Origin: Styela clava
Lineage: Eukaryota
Length of the DNA stretch: 64,000 bases
Assembly: GCF_964204865.1 (NCBI RefSeq)
Contig: NC_135258.1
Location: forward strand, 7,936,001 to 8,000,000
Direction of reading: 5' to 3'
Shown here: positions 11,693 to 25,442 of the stretch, one piece after another
How positions within the stretch are numbered: position 1 is the stretch's first letter
Layout: each line of letters begins with the position of its first letter
The notes under the pieces: generated by a model
What the model was told of the DNA's origin: nothing
Database searches by the model: none
The model's input: the letters and a program-made list of their open reading frames with translations, nothing else
Translations under genes and position numbers: made by a program

Positions 11693-11698
11693 AATAAA
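11693..11698 (+). terminator. Candidate polyadenylation signal of copy 1
   Basis: AATAAA ~260 bp after the stop codon, conserved in copies 2-4 (cagtcaaataaata). Confidence 0.45.
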
Positions 11699-14627
11699 TA
11701 TTTTCTCATTAGTCCATTGAAATTACAAGTTTTGCCTGATACATGTTTTTATGTGTGTCAAGATTATCATGTTTGCCTATCGTGAAATATCAGACTAATA
11801 GTACTAGCCGCAATAATCTGCATGTATTTTTATTGTCATTATATTAAAATTGCATTGTGTCGTGTCTTCTCACCTAAAATATATATCAACCTTCATCACA
11901 AAATTCGTCTTCAGGTGGTGGGGTGCTGGGGGTTATGCTCCAAGATTTTCAGTATATTTAGTGGGATTTTGGGCATTTGCATTGGGATATAATCCTAATG
12001 ACATCCTAATGCACCAACCCTGATAAATCAAGATACTGTTGGATATCAGTGGCTGTTTTTATCGGGCCTTGTTCAGAGCAAAATACACGAGTAAGCGTCG
12101 TATACGTTATTATACAAAAAAAAAATTGACCCATCCTCCTCCCGAATTTTGGGCCGGCTACGGTCTTGAATGTGCCACGTCTGTTCTGTTAACTAAAACT
12201 GAAGCTTTCTCGCTGATTGTAACCAACCGAGTGAATGAAAGAAAAGAGTTTTCATTTAACGTTGAATGGCAAATATTTTCTTATTAAAAGATTTCAATGA
12301 AAATGTTAGAATTCGGTTGTTCACAAATTTAACTTACGTATATAAGGTGTTACTTTGATATGCCATCTCTGCCGCTGTGTGATCTCAGTGATTTTAGTTC
12401 GGGTTAGAAATTTTATTCCAAAAGATAGTCTTTATGAGATTAAATGCACACCAAAGTCGCGCCACAATTGTTGCCACATTGTTTAAGCATGTGAGATCGG
12501 TTGCAAAAATAGCTTCCTCAACAGTATATTTATCGCTACCATTAAGTCAAAGTGAATCATTTTTTGGCGAAGACAGTCATATGTTATTTTTAGCTTGCAT
12601 ACAGTTGGGTTAATAGTTTCGAGGTAATTATAAAAAACTTCGGCATTTAAATGTACGCAGCTACGAAAAGGTAAACAAAATTATTGGAATATTTTAGATT
12701 AGTTAACTGCTGTATTACTCTGAATATGTTGTAGTCTACATACCGAGGTAATTTCTAAATATGGTTGATTGAGATACCATGTGCCTGACTTTTGCCCTTT
12801 TCCCATTGCCTCTGTGTTGTTACTGTTAATGCATCCTTGTTCACTGAGTGCAAGATTACTAAAGCAAAAATCAAAACGGCCACATTGGGCGGTTTAATGT
12901 TCTTGCCTCACATTCAAGCAAATTTTATTGTACATGCTTTAACCTTTTTTATTACATTTTTTGTATGACCAAATTGAGACATTATCATGCCCTCGGTTTT
13001 TTTAAGTATACTCGTAGAGAAAACCCACTCTCTTGGATTTCTTTGGAAAAATGTCGCTAATCGTGTTGAGACTACAGTTGGAGGATGGGTTGGAGATTTC
13101 CTGTCAAACCGCTCTCAAGGATTTGATTTTAACGTCATAGTTCCAAACACGGTCCATAGACATTGACCTTAGATAATTATTTTGGTCAAGTAAGCGGGGC
13201 TAACTCACTGAACACCGTCAAGTACTTCTTGATGGCGTGGCATTACTGCTTTAGCATATGTCATTTCTGACCCCAACGTCATCCCAAAATGATGTCACTA
13301 CAAGTTCCCTAAGACTTTTTGCCTCAATATCAAATATCGCAAGTAGAAAATCGTGCTATAACGTCTGAATATTTTGACGAACTTATGTTATTTTCAAGTT
13401 GATGTCGTTGAAAATTTAGTTGGCAACGATTCTCGTTCTCATAATTATTAAATTTATATTTTTTTCGCAATATTTAAAACTTCACAAACCTTCACTAATC
13501 TAATCGCTTCATTATAATGAGGCACCTACAATAATGTGTACGGCACATAACAATATTCGTTGTGCTGTATTACATATCATCTTATACTATAAAAAATGAA
13601 TACTGTGAACACCCATTAAAAACCAGCCTCTGATAATGATAATATTCATTGAATAAAGCAGCACGGTTACCGTGGTGGGATTTTGTACGCGAAATATAAT
13701 CCTGACCTGTAGACGTAAAGTATATGATAATACTTCCGCAAAGATATCTATATCTGATATACTGGGAATTCATTTCAACTGTTTTTTAATGTAAATAAAT
13801 TATTATCTCTTGCGTCCGCTTTAGCGTGACATCATAATGTACAGATTATTTCGGCATCTGACGGTAGTTGAAATTTATATTAAATATATATAGATATAGT
13901 AATTGAACACAATAAGCTCAACGGAAAAGATGACTTTAACGGATTAGTTTACCGGAAGCGAATCGTACATTGCTATATATCGGAAAAATGTCAGGGGAGA
14001 GGAAATATGGATTTCAAACTGTTTCATATTTCACCATATGCTAGGTAAAAAGCAAAATTATTCGAGCAAAGATGCTCAAACAATGGTTGGTCGTATCAAA
14101 TGCTTTTGCCCCATGCACTCCATAGATCATAACATTATTAAAACATTGTACAAGATTGTCTTTACAATAACTAGATTGTATAATCAGTATTGAGAAGGTC
14201 TAGAGCAGTTCTCCTCAAACGGATGTATATACAACCGGCTCGGGTTCCAAATAGCGACTGTCAGAACAGCGACAGTCCTAATGGCGACTTCATAACAGCG
14301 ACGTAATCAAGTGACCGCAATAAAACAGCGACTGTTATGATAGTGTTAGGGTTAGAGTTAGTCCAAAAAAAAAGTTGTTTCAAAGTCCCTTTCGGTTTCA
14401 ATCTTTCACTACGCAGTATTTGCCTGTTTGTGTGTGCATACGTGTGTAGAGAAGGCCCCTAACCCTAACACGAGTTAAGTCGCTATAATACCAGTCGCTG
14501 CAATATGACAGTCGCTATCCGGCCTCGATACCATACAACCACGGGTACCAAAGGTTTAAAGGGTATATCACATCGATAGAGTGTCCAAGGGTGTACCACA
14601 TAAAAAAGATTTGGTACACTAACTTAT

Positions 14628-15109
14628 GGACCTTTCCCCGAGCATCGACTTCCTTGTTTACCCCGAGCAAGATGCAAAAAGTGACGTAACAAGGCTCCTT
14701 GTTCGCAACCGCCCAGACACTTTTCTCACTCGAACAGATTTTCAAGCGTGGTCGTAAACATTATACCTCGTTTTCGCGTTTTTGAACTCTATTCGTTAGT
14801 TTTCTGTTGTGTTCCGGAAACCTTAATATAAATCAGATAATTCAATGATCACTCTGTCTTCCTAGGAGTTTTAATTCAATTACAGTAATAAATAATTAGT
14901 GTAGAAATAGCTGTGATGGACTAGGCTAAAAAAATTTACCTGTACTTTTAAAAAACAGATGGTTGTATGCGATTAATCATAATGATGATTTGAAACACGC
15001 CATTTTACAAGCGCCAACTCGCAAAAGCAATTTTAAAATAGTTCCGAAAGTTTTGCAATGGTAAAGTATAGGAGGAATTTTTCGGGGGTCAAAGGTCGGA
15101 GAAAAGTCC
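14628..15109. mobile_element. Non-autonomous TIR element with 2-bp AT TSD (ISL2EU/Harbinger-like MITE)
   Basis: GGACCTTTCCCCGA ... TCGGAGAAAAGTCC, flanked by AT. The empty site aacttATtttattg is seen at ~44850 and ~61775. Confidence 0.7.
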
Positions 15110-16288
15110 ATTTTATTGCGATGTGTCACAAATCTTCGTCGCCCCAGCGTTACCCAAGATGGGGTTGTATGATTGTCATAATAGAACTAGGTTATTTTGA
15201 ACCCATCTCACACTAAAAAAGTGCAAACATTTTTACGCAAAATGTTATCACGGGTGATTGTACGTAGCTATTGAGATCACGCAATCGATCGATGAGGAAA
15301 AAACTTGCTTTAACAGCATTGGCAATGATCGCTGTACTGGTGTTCTTAATAGGTTAGTAATTCTCAGATGCGTACTATCTGAAAGTTACTACATGAAAAT
15401 TAATTCCACGGTAAGACAAGTAAATACAACAACAAACGCAACAATAAACAACAAATGCATGAGATTTTTTCAAAGATCAATAAGTATTGCCACTTATGAC
15501 CTGATGCCTGAAGCTATTGACAAGGCTGAAATAGAATCATAAATATCCTGTTCCATATTCGAAAAAACGAGATGCAAAGGCTACGCATAACTCCAGAGGC
15601 TAAAAGATTTGATTGAATATATATTCGATTCTAAATCGATATCAATTCTGAAACAGAAAAGGGTTATGCACAGGGGCGTGTCAAACTGTTCTGCTGCATG
15701 GGGCGAGTTTCTGATATCGATGCTTCTAAAACCTAACTTCTAAAATAATTTGGCTTATAAACATATTATAGATGTTTTTATGCATGAGAATTAATAAATT
15801 AAAGGTCACATGACAATGAAATGTTTGTATTGTTTAAATTTAAATCACCAAACTAAGCAAAAAAATCACTCCTATAACCTGCTGCCCTGGTTATGGGATT
15901 TTTCATATTAAGATCAAAACAGAAACATCAGCACCAGGAAATAGTAATTAAATCGAGCGATATATAGGTCTTAATGAGATTGCAAGAATAACCGCAATAC
16001 TGCACACTTTGAAGACCTAATTTGAATAAATATTACAATGCTGCAGTTTTCAACTCGAAATAATGCACGTGGTGCATAAAGTAAATAGCCTGCTGACCTA
16101 GAGGTAAGTTTTCGCGTGTTTGTGTTTATTAGTGACATATTAATTTCATTCTGCTGCCATTACAGCCGTGACATAACTGCCTACTAAAACTCATTTAACC
16201 GGAGAGTCAACAACGCAATGCGTTGTATATAAAAGCAATTATTCTGGGCCGTTTGGTATTTTATTCCTGTAAATTTTATCAGACGGAC

Positions 16289-19200
16289 ATGATGTGGACG
16301 CTTAATACTAAGTCATTTTTCTTGATGACTTTAATCATTCTCCAATACTTCGCTTGTGAGTCTCAAGCAAGTATTAGTCTCGGAACTTGTCATCTTTCAT
16401 GTAATGAGGAAGAAGCTTGTATGGAAGGGCCTCCTGGACCACCTGGCGAGCGCGGCCCAGAAGGACCTCGCGGAATGATGGGACCAGCAGGGCCACCTAG
16501 TACTTGCTGCGAAGATCTAGTTGAACGATACGAACAGCTTGAACACCAAGTTCAAGAGTTAGATGGTAAGTTATCAAATGTTGCGATGCATTGGGAAACT
16601 TCACTTTTTCTGTTTTAGTCTTTCTATATTATATTATTATACTATTCTTTAGTCTAATATTAGTTTGGCAAGTTCATTATTTCAACGAAAAATTACAAGT
16701 TGCTAACTTGCATTACATTTGTACTTGTTGCTTGTACATTCGGGCAATTGTTATTTGGGTTGGAAAAAGCGAAATAGTTATAATTTTTTGGGCAATTCGA
16801 TACGATACAAAGAACAATACTTTGACTTGGGAAATTTATCTATACTCGTAACATGGCTCGATACCATGTAAAATTAATTTTCCAAACAATCCTTAGCTTT
16901 TAAATTATCTAAACAGGCATGGAGCATAATAAAAGTGAAATTACTTTTTCTAGAATGGACGTTTCCACGGGACTGTGCAGCGGTAAAAAGTCACGTGATA
17001 TCAAGTGGAACTTACGTGATTCATCCGTTCAAGAAAAGGAAACAAGGAGTCCAAGTGTATTGTGATCAAGTAACCGATGGTGGTGGATGGATTGTGAGTA
17101 GAGTTTTGAAAACCCTCATGTACCCTTGTATCACCATACGGCGATGAGGAGTTGGGCAATCCTTATGCATATAATCATCCACAGGATTTAAACCTGCGAA
17201 CCCACGGGGTGTAATCAGAGGTGCCATGGAAAGCGTCGTTCTAACACTAAGCCTTAGATTTTAGACCAACCGATCGAAAATAATATCCATATAATATTAT
17301 ATTATTGCATATTCTCGTTTAAGACACAGAGGAAGATTACAAACTTCTGAGTAGAATAGTTGTCCCAAAAATATGACGATCGGAACTCATTTTGAATTTA
17401 CCTGTTACATTCATTTTTAGGTATTACAAAGAAGATTTGACGGATCGGAAAATTTTTACCGTGACTGGAATGACTATGTCACCGGTTTTGGTTACATAGA
17501 ACGAGAATTCTGGCTAGGTATACTTAATATTATGAACATAATTTGCGTTGGTTATTAAAAATATAATAAAATTTACATAATGTCATATTGATGATGGCGT
17601 ACAGAGTGAAGTAGATTCCCTTAATGTTCAATTAATTTAATATTATCAGTTACAAAACTGTCACTCTACTTCTGGTCCACCCAAAATACCATCAAAATAT
17701 ACCAGATTCTAAACAATTTTATTTCTCAAATTATGACCTCGGCTTATGACTCGGGAATGCAGCGACTTGATTCGATACCGTTCTCGAGCGTTGAAAACTC
17801 CCGTTGTTCAAGGTTTGACTTCGGAACGTGGGTTAACTAATAGCTAACTGGCTCGTCTAACTTTAACTTTGACGTAAAATATTGACTAGAATTGACTCTA
17901 AAAGTTGGAAAAACATGATTCAAGGATTCAGAAACGTTGGCTATTGTTATCTTTATAATTTACAGGACTCGAGACGATGCATAAAATATCCACCAATGGT
18001 CTTCATGAGATTCGATTCGACTTTATCACAAGAGACAACGAAAAATTATTCGCAAAATATGGGTAATGGAAGTTTTTTTACGCACTGTTAAATATTTTGT
18101 AAACTTTTTTCAGTGTTTGATAAAATGAAAGAGCGTAAAAAGGCTTACAAAACGGCCGATTATTCGGGGAACTACCATTTCAAGTTTGCTAATAGTATTA
18201 CGTGTGAATATACATACTTCAATTGCCTTTAAAATTCTCAATATTTTCAAACCAGGTTTGTTGTATTCTAATCAGTACTTGTTTGAGTATTTCAACTTTA
18301 TTTAATACATCTGTGAGGCCAAAAACAATATATGGTATCGATAAATTTTCTTTGCAATTTTGAAGAATGGTATTCATGGTAAACCTGTATATTTAGATTC
18401 TAGAATGCTACATAAAAGTAACAAAAGTAATTTGTTGAAGCATTTGATGTTTCAAAGTTGCTCCGCATTTTTGTTTGTTGATCGTCATCGTTCCGTGCAA
18501 ATTTGTTCCAAGTAGACTCATTCTAAAATAACCTGAAATATCATATAAATATAAGTAGATATACCAAAAATATTCTGATTTTCAGACATTTTCAAATTGC
18601 TGGAGCAGAAGACAATTATCGAATAACTATTACTGGATATTCGGGAAATGCTGGTATGCTCAAAATAAATTGTAATTTTAACAATAAACAATACTGCTGT
18701 TTTTCGATTTATATAGCAGCGGTTACCAACCGGAGATACCCAATGGGGTTAGCAGTTCGAGTGCGCCAGAGTGATAGACGCTAAGCTGATACTACTTTGG
18801 CCTCGACACGAAAGCTTCCCATTCTCCCTAGTTTCATTGTTTGATAAGGTTATTTCTGAGGGTGTTTTTACTTTGTTGAGCATGAATTGTTTAACATAAT
18901 TGGATTTGAAATAATAAACAGAATGGTCATGAGAGCTGAAAGCCTCCGGAAGGAGGAACGACTCACGAGCCATAAATGGTTGAAAACCTCTGTCATATAG
19001 TATGTGTATGTGCAGCAACATGATCTCAATTGCCTAATCTTCATCTCTCATAAAGATAGGATTTTATCGAGCAACATGTATCGCCCTGCACTTATACCTG
19101 AGTCATTGAATTTATCGTGTTGTTTTTATTAACAGGCGATTCGATGGAGTACCATAACAATAACCAATTTTCGACGATGGATCAGGAAAACGACCTCGAC

Positions 19201-19395
19201 CCAGGAAAAAATTGCGCTGAAGAGTACAAAGGGGGTTGGTGGTACAACTGGTGTCACCACGCTAACTTGAATGGTTTATACGCAGACATAACATCGACCA
19301 AGGGTTTATCCTGGTATAAGTGGAAAAACACATACACTCCATTTGCCAAATTTGTGGAGATTAAGATCAGGAAATCAGCTGTGCCAAATCTTTAA
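16289..19395 (+). CDS. Ficolin-like protein, copy 2, 312 aa, 6 exons
   Basis: Exons 16289-16565, 16954-17093, 17421-17517, 17966-18062, 18586-18653, 19136-19395. Sizes and phases match copy 1, with exon 6 one codon longer, and the frame is open. Confidence 0.93.
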
Positions 19396-21695
19396 TAGTA
19401 TATAAGTAAAATAGTTTATAACATCTACGTACAGAGTGGTCATAAAGTCGCACATCAAGGTAAATCTCAAAGATACAAAAACCTTGAAATTATTCGATCC
19501 TGAGACACAGTCTTCTCTGATTCATCATGATAATAATCCAAAATTAGAATGAGTCGCCTATTGACGTACACGTTATGACGTAGATTGTGAGTTTAACTCT
19601 GGTGTGCGACATTATAGCTATCCCTGTATTGTAGCCTACAGTCAAATAAATACTTTCTCATTAGTCCATTGAAATTTCAAGTTTTGCCTGATACATGTTT
19701 TTATGTGTGTCAAGATTATCATGTTTGCATTTTCATTGTCATCTTATGAAAGTTGCATTGTTTTGTGTCTTCTCACCTAAAATATATCACATTCCATCAT
19801 ACAATTCTTTTTTTGTCATAATGGAGGACGAATAGATGAGATTCACATTAATGTTGATCATATAGGCGTTGTCAGGTGGTGGGGGTGAAAAGAGGGGTAT
19901 TTGCAGTGCGACATAAATTCTTACGCCTCCTCCAACACCATTTTGCTCTAGTTTTGAACGGTTTATTGAAAACCGGAGGATTCCTGACTTGCTGTCAATT
20001 ATCTTTTCTCCAAATGTACCAACCGATATGGAAGAAAATGCACGCTTATATAATTTGGATAACTCCGTCAGCAAAGTAAGGCTGTTGAAAGATTCTTCAA
20101 GATATTGCTAGATATCAGTGGCTGCCTTTACCTAGGCGTTTTCGAAGCAAAACGCACGAGTAAGCGTCGTATTACCTCATTGTACAAAAAATGCCCACCT
20201 CACCAATTTTGGGTTGGCTATGGTCTTGAATGCGCCATGTCTATTCTGTAACATAGTACTGTCTCTCTGATTGCGACCAACCAAGTGAATAAAAGTAAAA
20301 AGTTTTCATTTACCGCTGAATAGCAATATTTTTTTGACTAAAAGAATCCTACTAAGGTATGCAATCTTGGTTGTGGGATTTCAGTGATTTTAGTATTAAC
20401 CTAGTTCAGCGATGACGGAGGTTTAAGAACTGCATTCTATGAGAATGTTTTTATGGGGCTAAACGCATACCGAAGTGGCACTGATTAAGATCCCCTTAGG
20501 CAGATGCGACGGTACTGCCGTAGTGTGTGTACCCCTGCCTACAGGCTTCCGTCCCTTCACACAAGTTGATGTAAAGTAGGCGAACAAAATTAGCTACCTC
20601 CGTATTGATACACATTTTTCTTGTGCGCCGGTGCAATCGCATACCAAAGTGGCACTCTCAACAGTATATTTACGGCTTTCATAGACTGAATCGTTTTTCG
20701 TACATGTGCCTAAATTTATATATTCAAGTAAATGATTATTGTCAGTTATAATAAATACATAATTAAATAAATGTTGCTTTATACAATAAATTGTTGTAAA
20801 CAGATAAATCATAACCCTGTAAAATATACAACATTTTTTGTTTTGTTTATCTTTCACGTCATTCTAAATTGAACGGATTTGTACTATCGTTATTGTAATG
20901 AAAAACGTAAATTATGTGTATATCATCATCAACATTGTATTGAATGAACTGGAACATGACTGAAATTAAAGCTATAAGCACCAGTTCTCCTGCTGCAATT
21001 TTATTGTTGTTTTAGACTTTTTTTTTGTTTGATTTCAGTGGACCCAATATTATTGTTACTATTACGTATGGAGCTTGCTATCAATTTTTGAACAAAATCT
21101 AGGAATCAAAAACATGCCTCTAGGAGAAAAAATAAAACTTTATGAATCATTAAAAACGCTCCCAGAATCTAATGATAAACTTAGGACGTCCTTAAAAGAA
21201 GAAAACATTCGAACTCCGCAAAGGGAAGTCGAAGAAAAGCAAAGCTGAACCATCATAGCCCACGGTATACAGACCAATACCACCATCGGAGCAATACCAC
21301 CGGAGATTCCCAAATTGACATCAAGATGCGTTTGATACATTGTGATCCCCAAGGACCAATAGACATTTACCGGTATTTAGAATTTACTCTTGAAACTATA
21401 GGCAAGAAAATACCACGTCAGTAATATGTATATGAGGACAAATGTTTCGTATCCAGCTTGTAATCCCAACGTAGTTAAATTGACGTGCGAAATGTAATTT
21501 GAAAATAAATTAAAGTTTTAATTAAATCGTGCGGTATACAAGTCTTAATAAGATTGCAAGAATAATCGAAAGGCTGCACCGGTCAAAGGCCTCATTTGAT
21601 TATTTATATTTATGCTGTACTTCAACAAGTAATAAAATCCTATGTTAGATACATACGAGACATGGTGTGCTGATTTATTATTCCCCAGAGATAGA

Positions 21696-22265
21696 CATAT
21701 CTTGGTGGTCTTGAAATCCTGAATTTCTCAATAATAAAATTTTTAGCTGGACTTAGGACTGTAGAAGTTAAGAACAGAATGGGCCTAAGTCCAGCTAAAA
21801 TTTTTAATATTATGAAATTCAGAATTTCACGACCACCACCTTGTAGAGCATGGCTCAAAACCCCTAAATACTGAAAAAACGATAGTCCCAAGTTCCAATA
21901 TGATGGGCGTGAACATCAGAAATGAAATGTCCGAAACTTACATCCCTAAAAATTTCTTCAGTGCAACTTAGGCCTAAGTCACCTTGTTTTACCTTGCATC
22001 CAATACAAAAAAAAAATCAGAAGTTGTTGAGAACAGAATGGGCCAAAGTCCATTTTGGGTTAAAAAAGCAGGAAGGAATTGAAGCTGAAGTGCCAAAAAA
22101 TATTGATTACAAAGATATTCACATCCACATTAAAATAACCAGAGCTCAGGTTTCACTAAGTGTGAATATCTAGAAATTCAAAAATAAAAAGATTCCAAAT
22201 TGTTTTTTGCGTTTTTCTCAAAACTCAAAATTGTGACATAGGCCTGTTCTGTTCTCATCCGGCGA
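21696..22265. mobile_element. Unclassified transposon-like insert replacing the core promoter and exons 1-5 of a copy-5-type gene
   Basis: Homology to copy-5 upstream DNA stops at ~21695 and resumes in intron 5 at ~22266. The insert contains repeats of AGAACAGAA(T/C)(G/A)GGCC in both orientations and a 54-bp-arm hairpin. Confidence 0.55.
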
Positions 22266-22374
22266 TATACTTGCTTCATCGATCTCTTATAATGATATAA
22301 TTCAATAAAGCAACATGTATCGCACTGCACTTATTCTTGGGTGATTGTATTTATCATGTTGTTTCTATTAACAG

Positions 22375-22625
22375 GCGATTCAATGGCGTTCCATAACAAT
22401 AACCAATTTTCAATGATGGATCAGGAAAATGACATCGACCAAAGAAAAAATTGGGCTGAAGCTTACAAAGAGGGGTGGTGGTACAACAGGTGTCATCACG
22501 CTAACTTGAATGGTTTATAGGCAGATACGACATCGACCAAGGGTTTATCCTGGTTGAAGTGGAAAGATACATACACTCCATTTGCCAAATTTGTAGAAAT
22601 GAATATCAGGAAACGCAGAGACTAA
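22375..22625 (+). pseudogene. Orphan exon 6 of a copy-5-type ficolin-like gene
   Basis: An acceptor (ttaacag) is followed by [49 protein letters not shown] conserved Cys is Trp at 22452-22454 and there is a TAG at 22518-22520. The 3' end encodes IRKRRD like copy 5. Confidence 0.88.
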
Positions 22626-25442
22626 GCAGCGTGGCAAATTTGGAATAGTATAGATTACTATAGTTCATACCATCAATTGACACCAACAGGGTGTCAATAA
22701 AGTTGCGCACCAAGGAAAGATCAAAATTCTAAATCTACAAAAAGCCTGGAACTTGGTAAACAGTCTTCTCCGATTCATCATGATAACATAATAAAATTCG
22801 GCATACATCAACGTCATTATGAATTATGAGTTTTACCTTGATTCGCGACTTCATAGCCGCCCTGTACTGTACAATCAAAGAATTTCTTGCTTTATTCAGT
22901 TGTCAATTTGTGCTTAGACGTTTTTATGGGTGTCAAGAGTATTATGTTCGCAGACTAATAGTACTAACGAAAGAAATTTGTATACATTTTCATTGTCAAT
23001 ATATTATGATTGCTTTGTTTTGAGTTTTTTCACCTAAAATATATTAACTTTCATCACATAATTCGACTTTTTATTATGGACCAATAGATGAGATTCATCA
23101 AAGTTCCACGCCTGTTCTGTTGATTAAGACTGAAGCATATTCTCTCATGGTAACGAACGAAGTAAATGAAAGTAAACCGTTTTCATTTGCCGTTGAATGG
23201 AGCGCAATCTTTTTATGACTGAAGATATCAATGGAAAGGGTTGGAACTCGGGCATTCCCAAATTTAAGTTACGTATATAGGGTGCTACTTTATTATGCGA
23301 TCTCTGTTGTTGTGTGATCTCAGTGAATTTAGTTATGGTTAGGAATCCCTGTTCGAGAATGTCTTTATGAGATTAATTGCACACCAAAGTCGCGCCACAA
23401 TTGTTGACACTTTGTTTAAGCATTAAGATCTGATGCCAAAATAGCTCCCTCAACAGTATATTTATTGCTAACATTAAGTCAAAGTGAATCGCTTTTTGGT
23501 GAAGACAGTCATATGTTGATTTTAGCTTGCTTACAGTTGGGTTTATAGTCTGGAGGTTATTATAAAAAAACTTGGGGCATTTAAATGAACGCAGCTACGA
23601 AAAGGTACACAAAACTAATGAAATATTTTAGATTAGTTAACTGCTGTATTACTCTGAATAGGTTGTAGTCTACATACCGAGGAAATTTCTAAATATGGTT
23701 GATTGAGATAGCATGTGCCTGACTACTGCCCTTTTCTCGTTGCCTTTGTGTTGCTAGTGCATCCTTGTTCACGGAGTGCAAGAATACCAGAGCAAGAATC
23801 AAAACGGCCACATTGGGCGGTTTAATGTTCTTGCCTCACATTCAAGCAAATTTTATTGTACACCTGACATAGTCTAGGAATAACATATGCAAAAATGTTT
23901 GTTCCACGCAAACTAGAAGTACTTGCGACGTTTAGTGAACATGAGCCAAGTAAGCTAATATGACTTTAATGAGGTTAATTGACAAGTTCCGTAAGACTTT
24001 TTGCCTCAATATCAAATATCGCAAGTAGAAAATCGTGCTATAACGTCTGAATATTTTGAGGAACTTATTTTATTTTCAAGTTGATGTCGTTGAAACCTTT
24101 AGTTGGCAACGATTTTTGTTCTCATAATTATTAAATATATATTTTTCTCGCAATATTTAAAACTTCACAAACCTCCACTAATCTAATCGCTTCATTATAA
24201 TGAGGCACCTACAATAATGTGTATGGCACATAACAATATTCGTTGTGCTGTGTTACATATCAGCTTATACTATTAAAAATGAATACTGTGAACACCCATT
24301 AAACCAGCCTCTGATAATAATAATATATTTAACGGAAAAGATGACTTTAACAGATTAGTTTACCGGAAGCGAATCGTACATTGCTATATATCGGAACAAT
24401 GTCAGGGGAGAGGAAATATGGCTTTCAAACTCTTTCATATTTCGCCATATGCTAGGTGAAAGCCAAACTATTCGAGCAAAGATGCTCAAACAATGGCTGG
24501 TCGTATCAAATGCTTTTGCCCCATGCACTCCATAGATCATAACATTATTAAAACATTGTTCAAGATTGTCTTACAATAACTAGATCGTATAATCAGTATT
24601 GAGAAGGTCTAGAGCAGTTCTCCTCAAACGGATGTATATACAACCGGGTCGGGTTCCAAATAGCGACTGTTAGAACAGCGACAGTCATAATGGCGACTCC
24701 ATAACAGCGACGTAATCAAGTGAACGCATTAAAACAGCGACTGTTATGATAGCGTTATGGTTAGAGTTAGTCCAAAAAAGGTTGTTTTAAAGTCCCCTTT
24801 GGTTTCAATCTTTCACTACGCAGTATTTGCCTGTTTGTGCGTGCATACGTGTGTAGAGAAAGCCCCTAACCCTAACACGAGTTAAGTCGCTATAATACCA
24901 GTCGCTGCAATATGACAGTCGCTATCCGGCCTGGATACCATACAACCATGGGTACCAACGATTTAAAGGGTATATCACATCGATAGAGTGTCCAAGGGTG
25001 TACCACATAAAAAAAGATTTGGTACACTAACTTATGGACCTTTCCCCGAGCATCGACTTCCTTGTTTACTCCGTGACATTGGCCAATCAGCAAAATGCAA
25101 AAAGTGACGAAAAAGTCCTTTTTCGCATCCGATCAGACATAGGCCGCGAGCCGAGGCCATTTATCTTTCAGTTTCGTAGCGCACATCAGGTAACTACCTG
25201 AAAATGATTTTAAAATGTTCCTTAGAAATTTAGTAACAAATATTGCCTTGTTCCCACTTCCAAAAGTTGCACGTTTTACAGAAAAGACGCTTTTACTACA
25301 ATAAATATGTGTTACCATCTGTCCTATTTTCTCTGCTTTTCCGGTATCATGGGCCAATGAACGCAGACTTCTGCAAGACGTAACAGTCAAGTTAGTCAGC
25401 TGTAGGTGGATCCCCAGTGGTCGGATGAATATCAGATGTACT

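Noticed and set aside
19787-20079. Overlapping ORF pair repeated at 37162-37454
   Set aside because: Lies in recently duplicated 3' flank overlapping a probable degenerate MITE; no protein motif.
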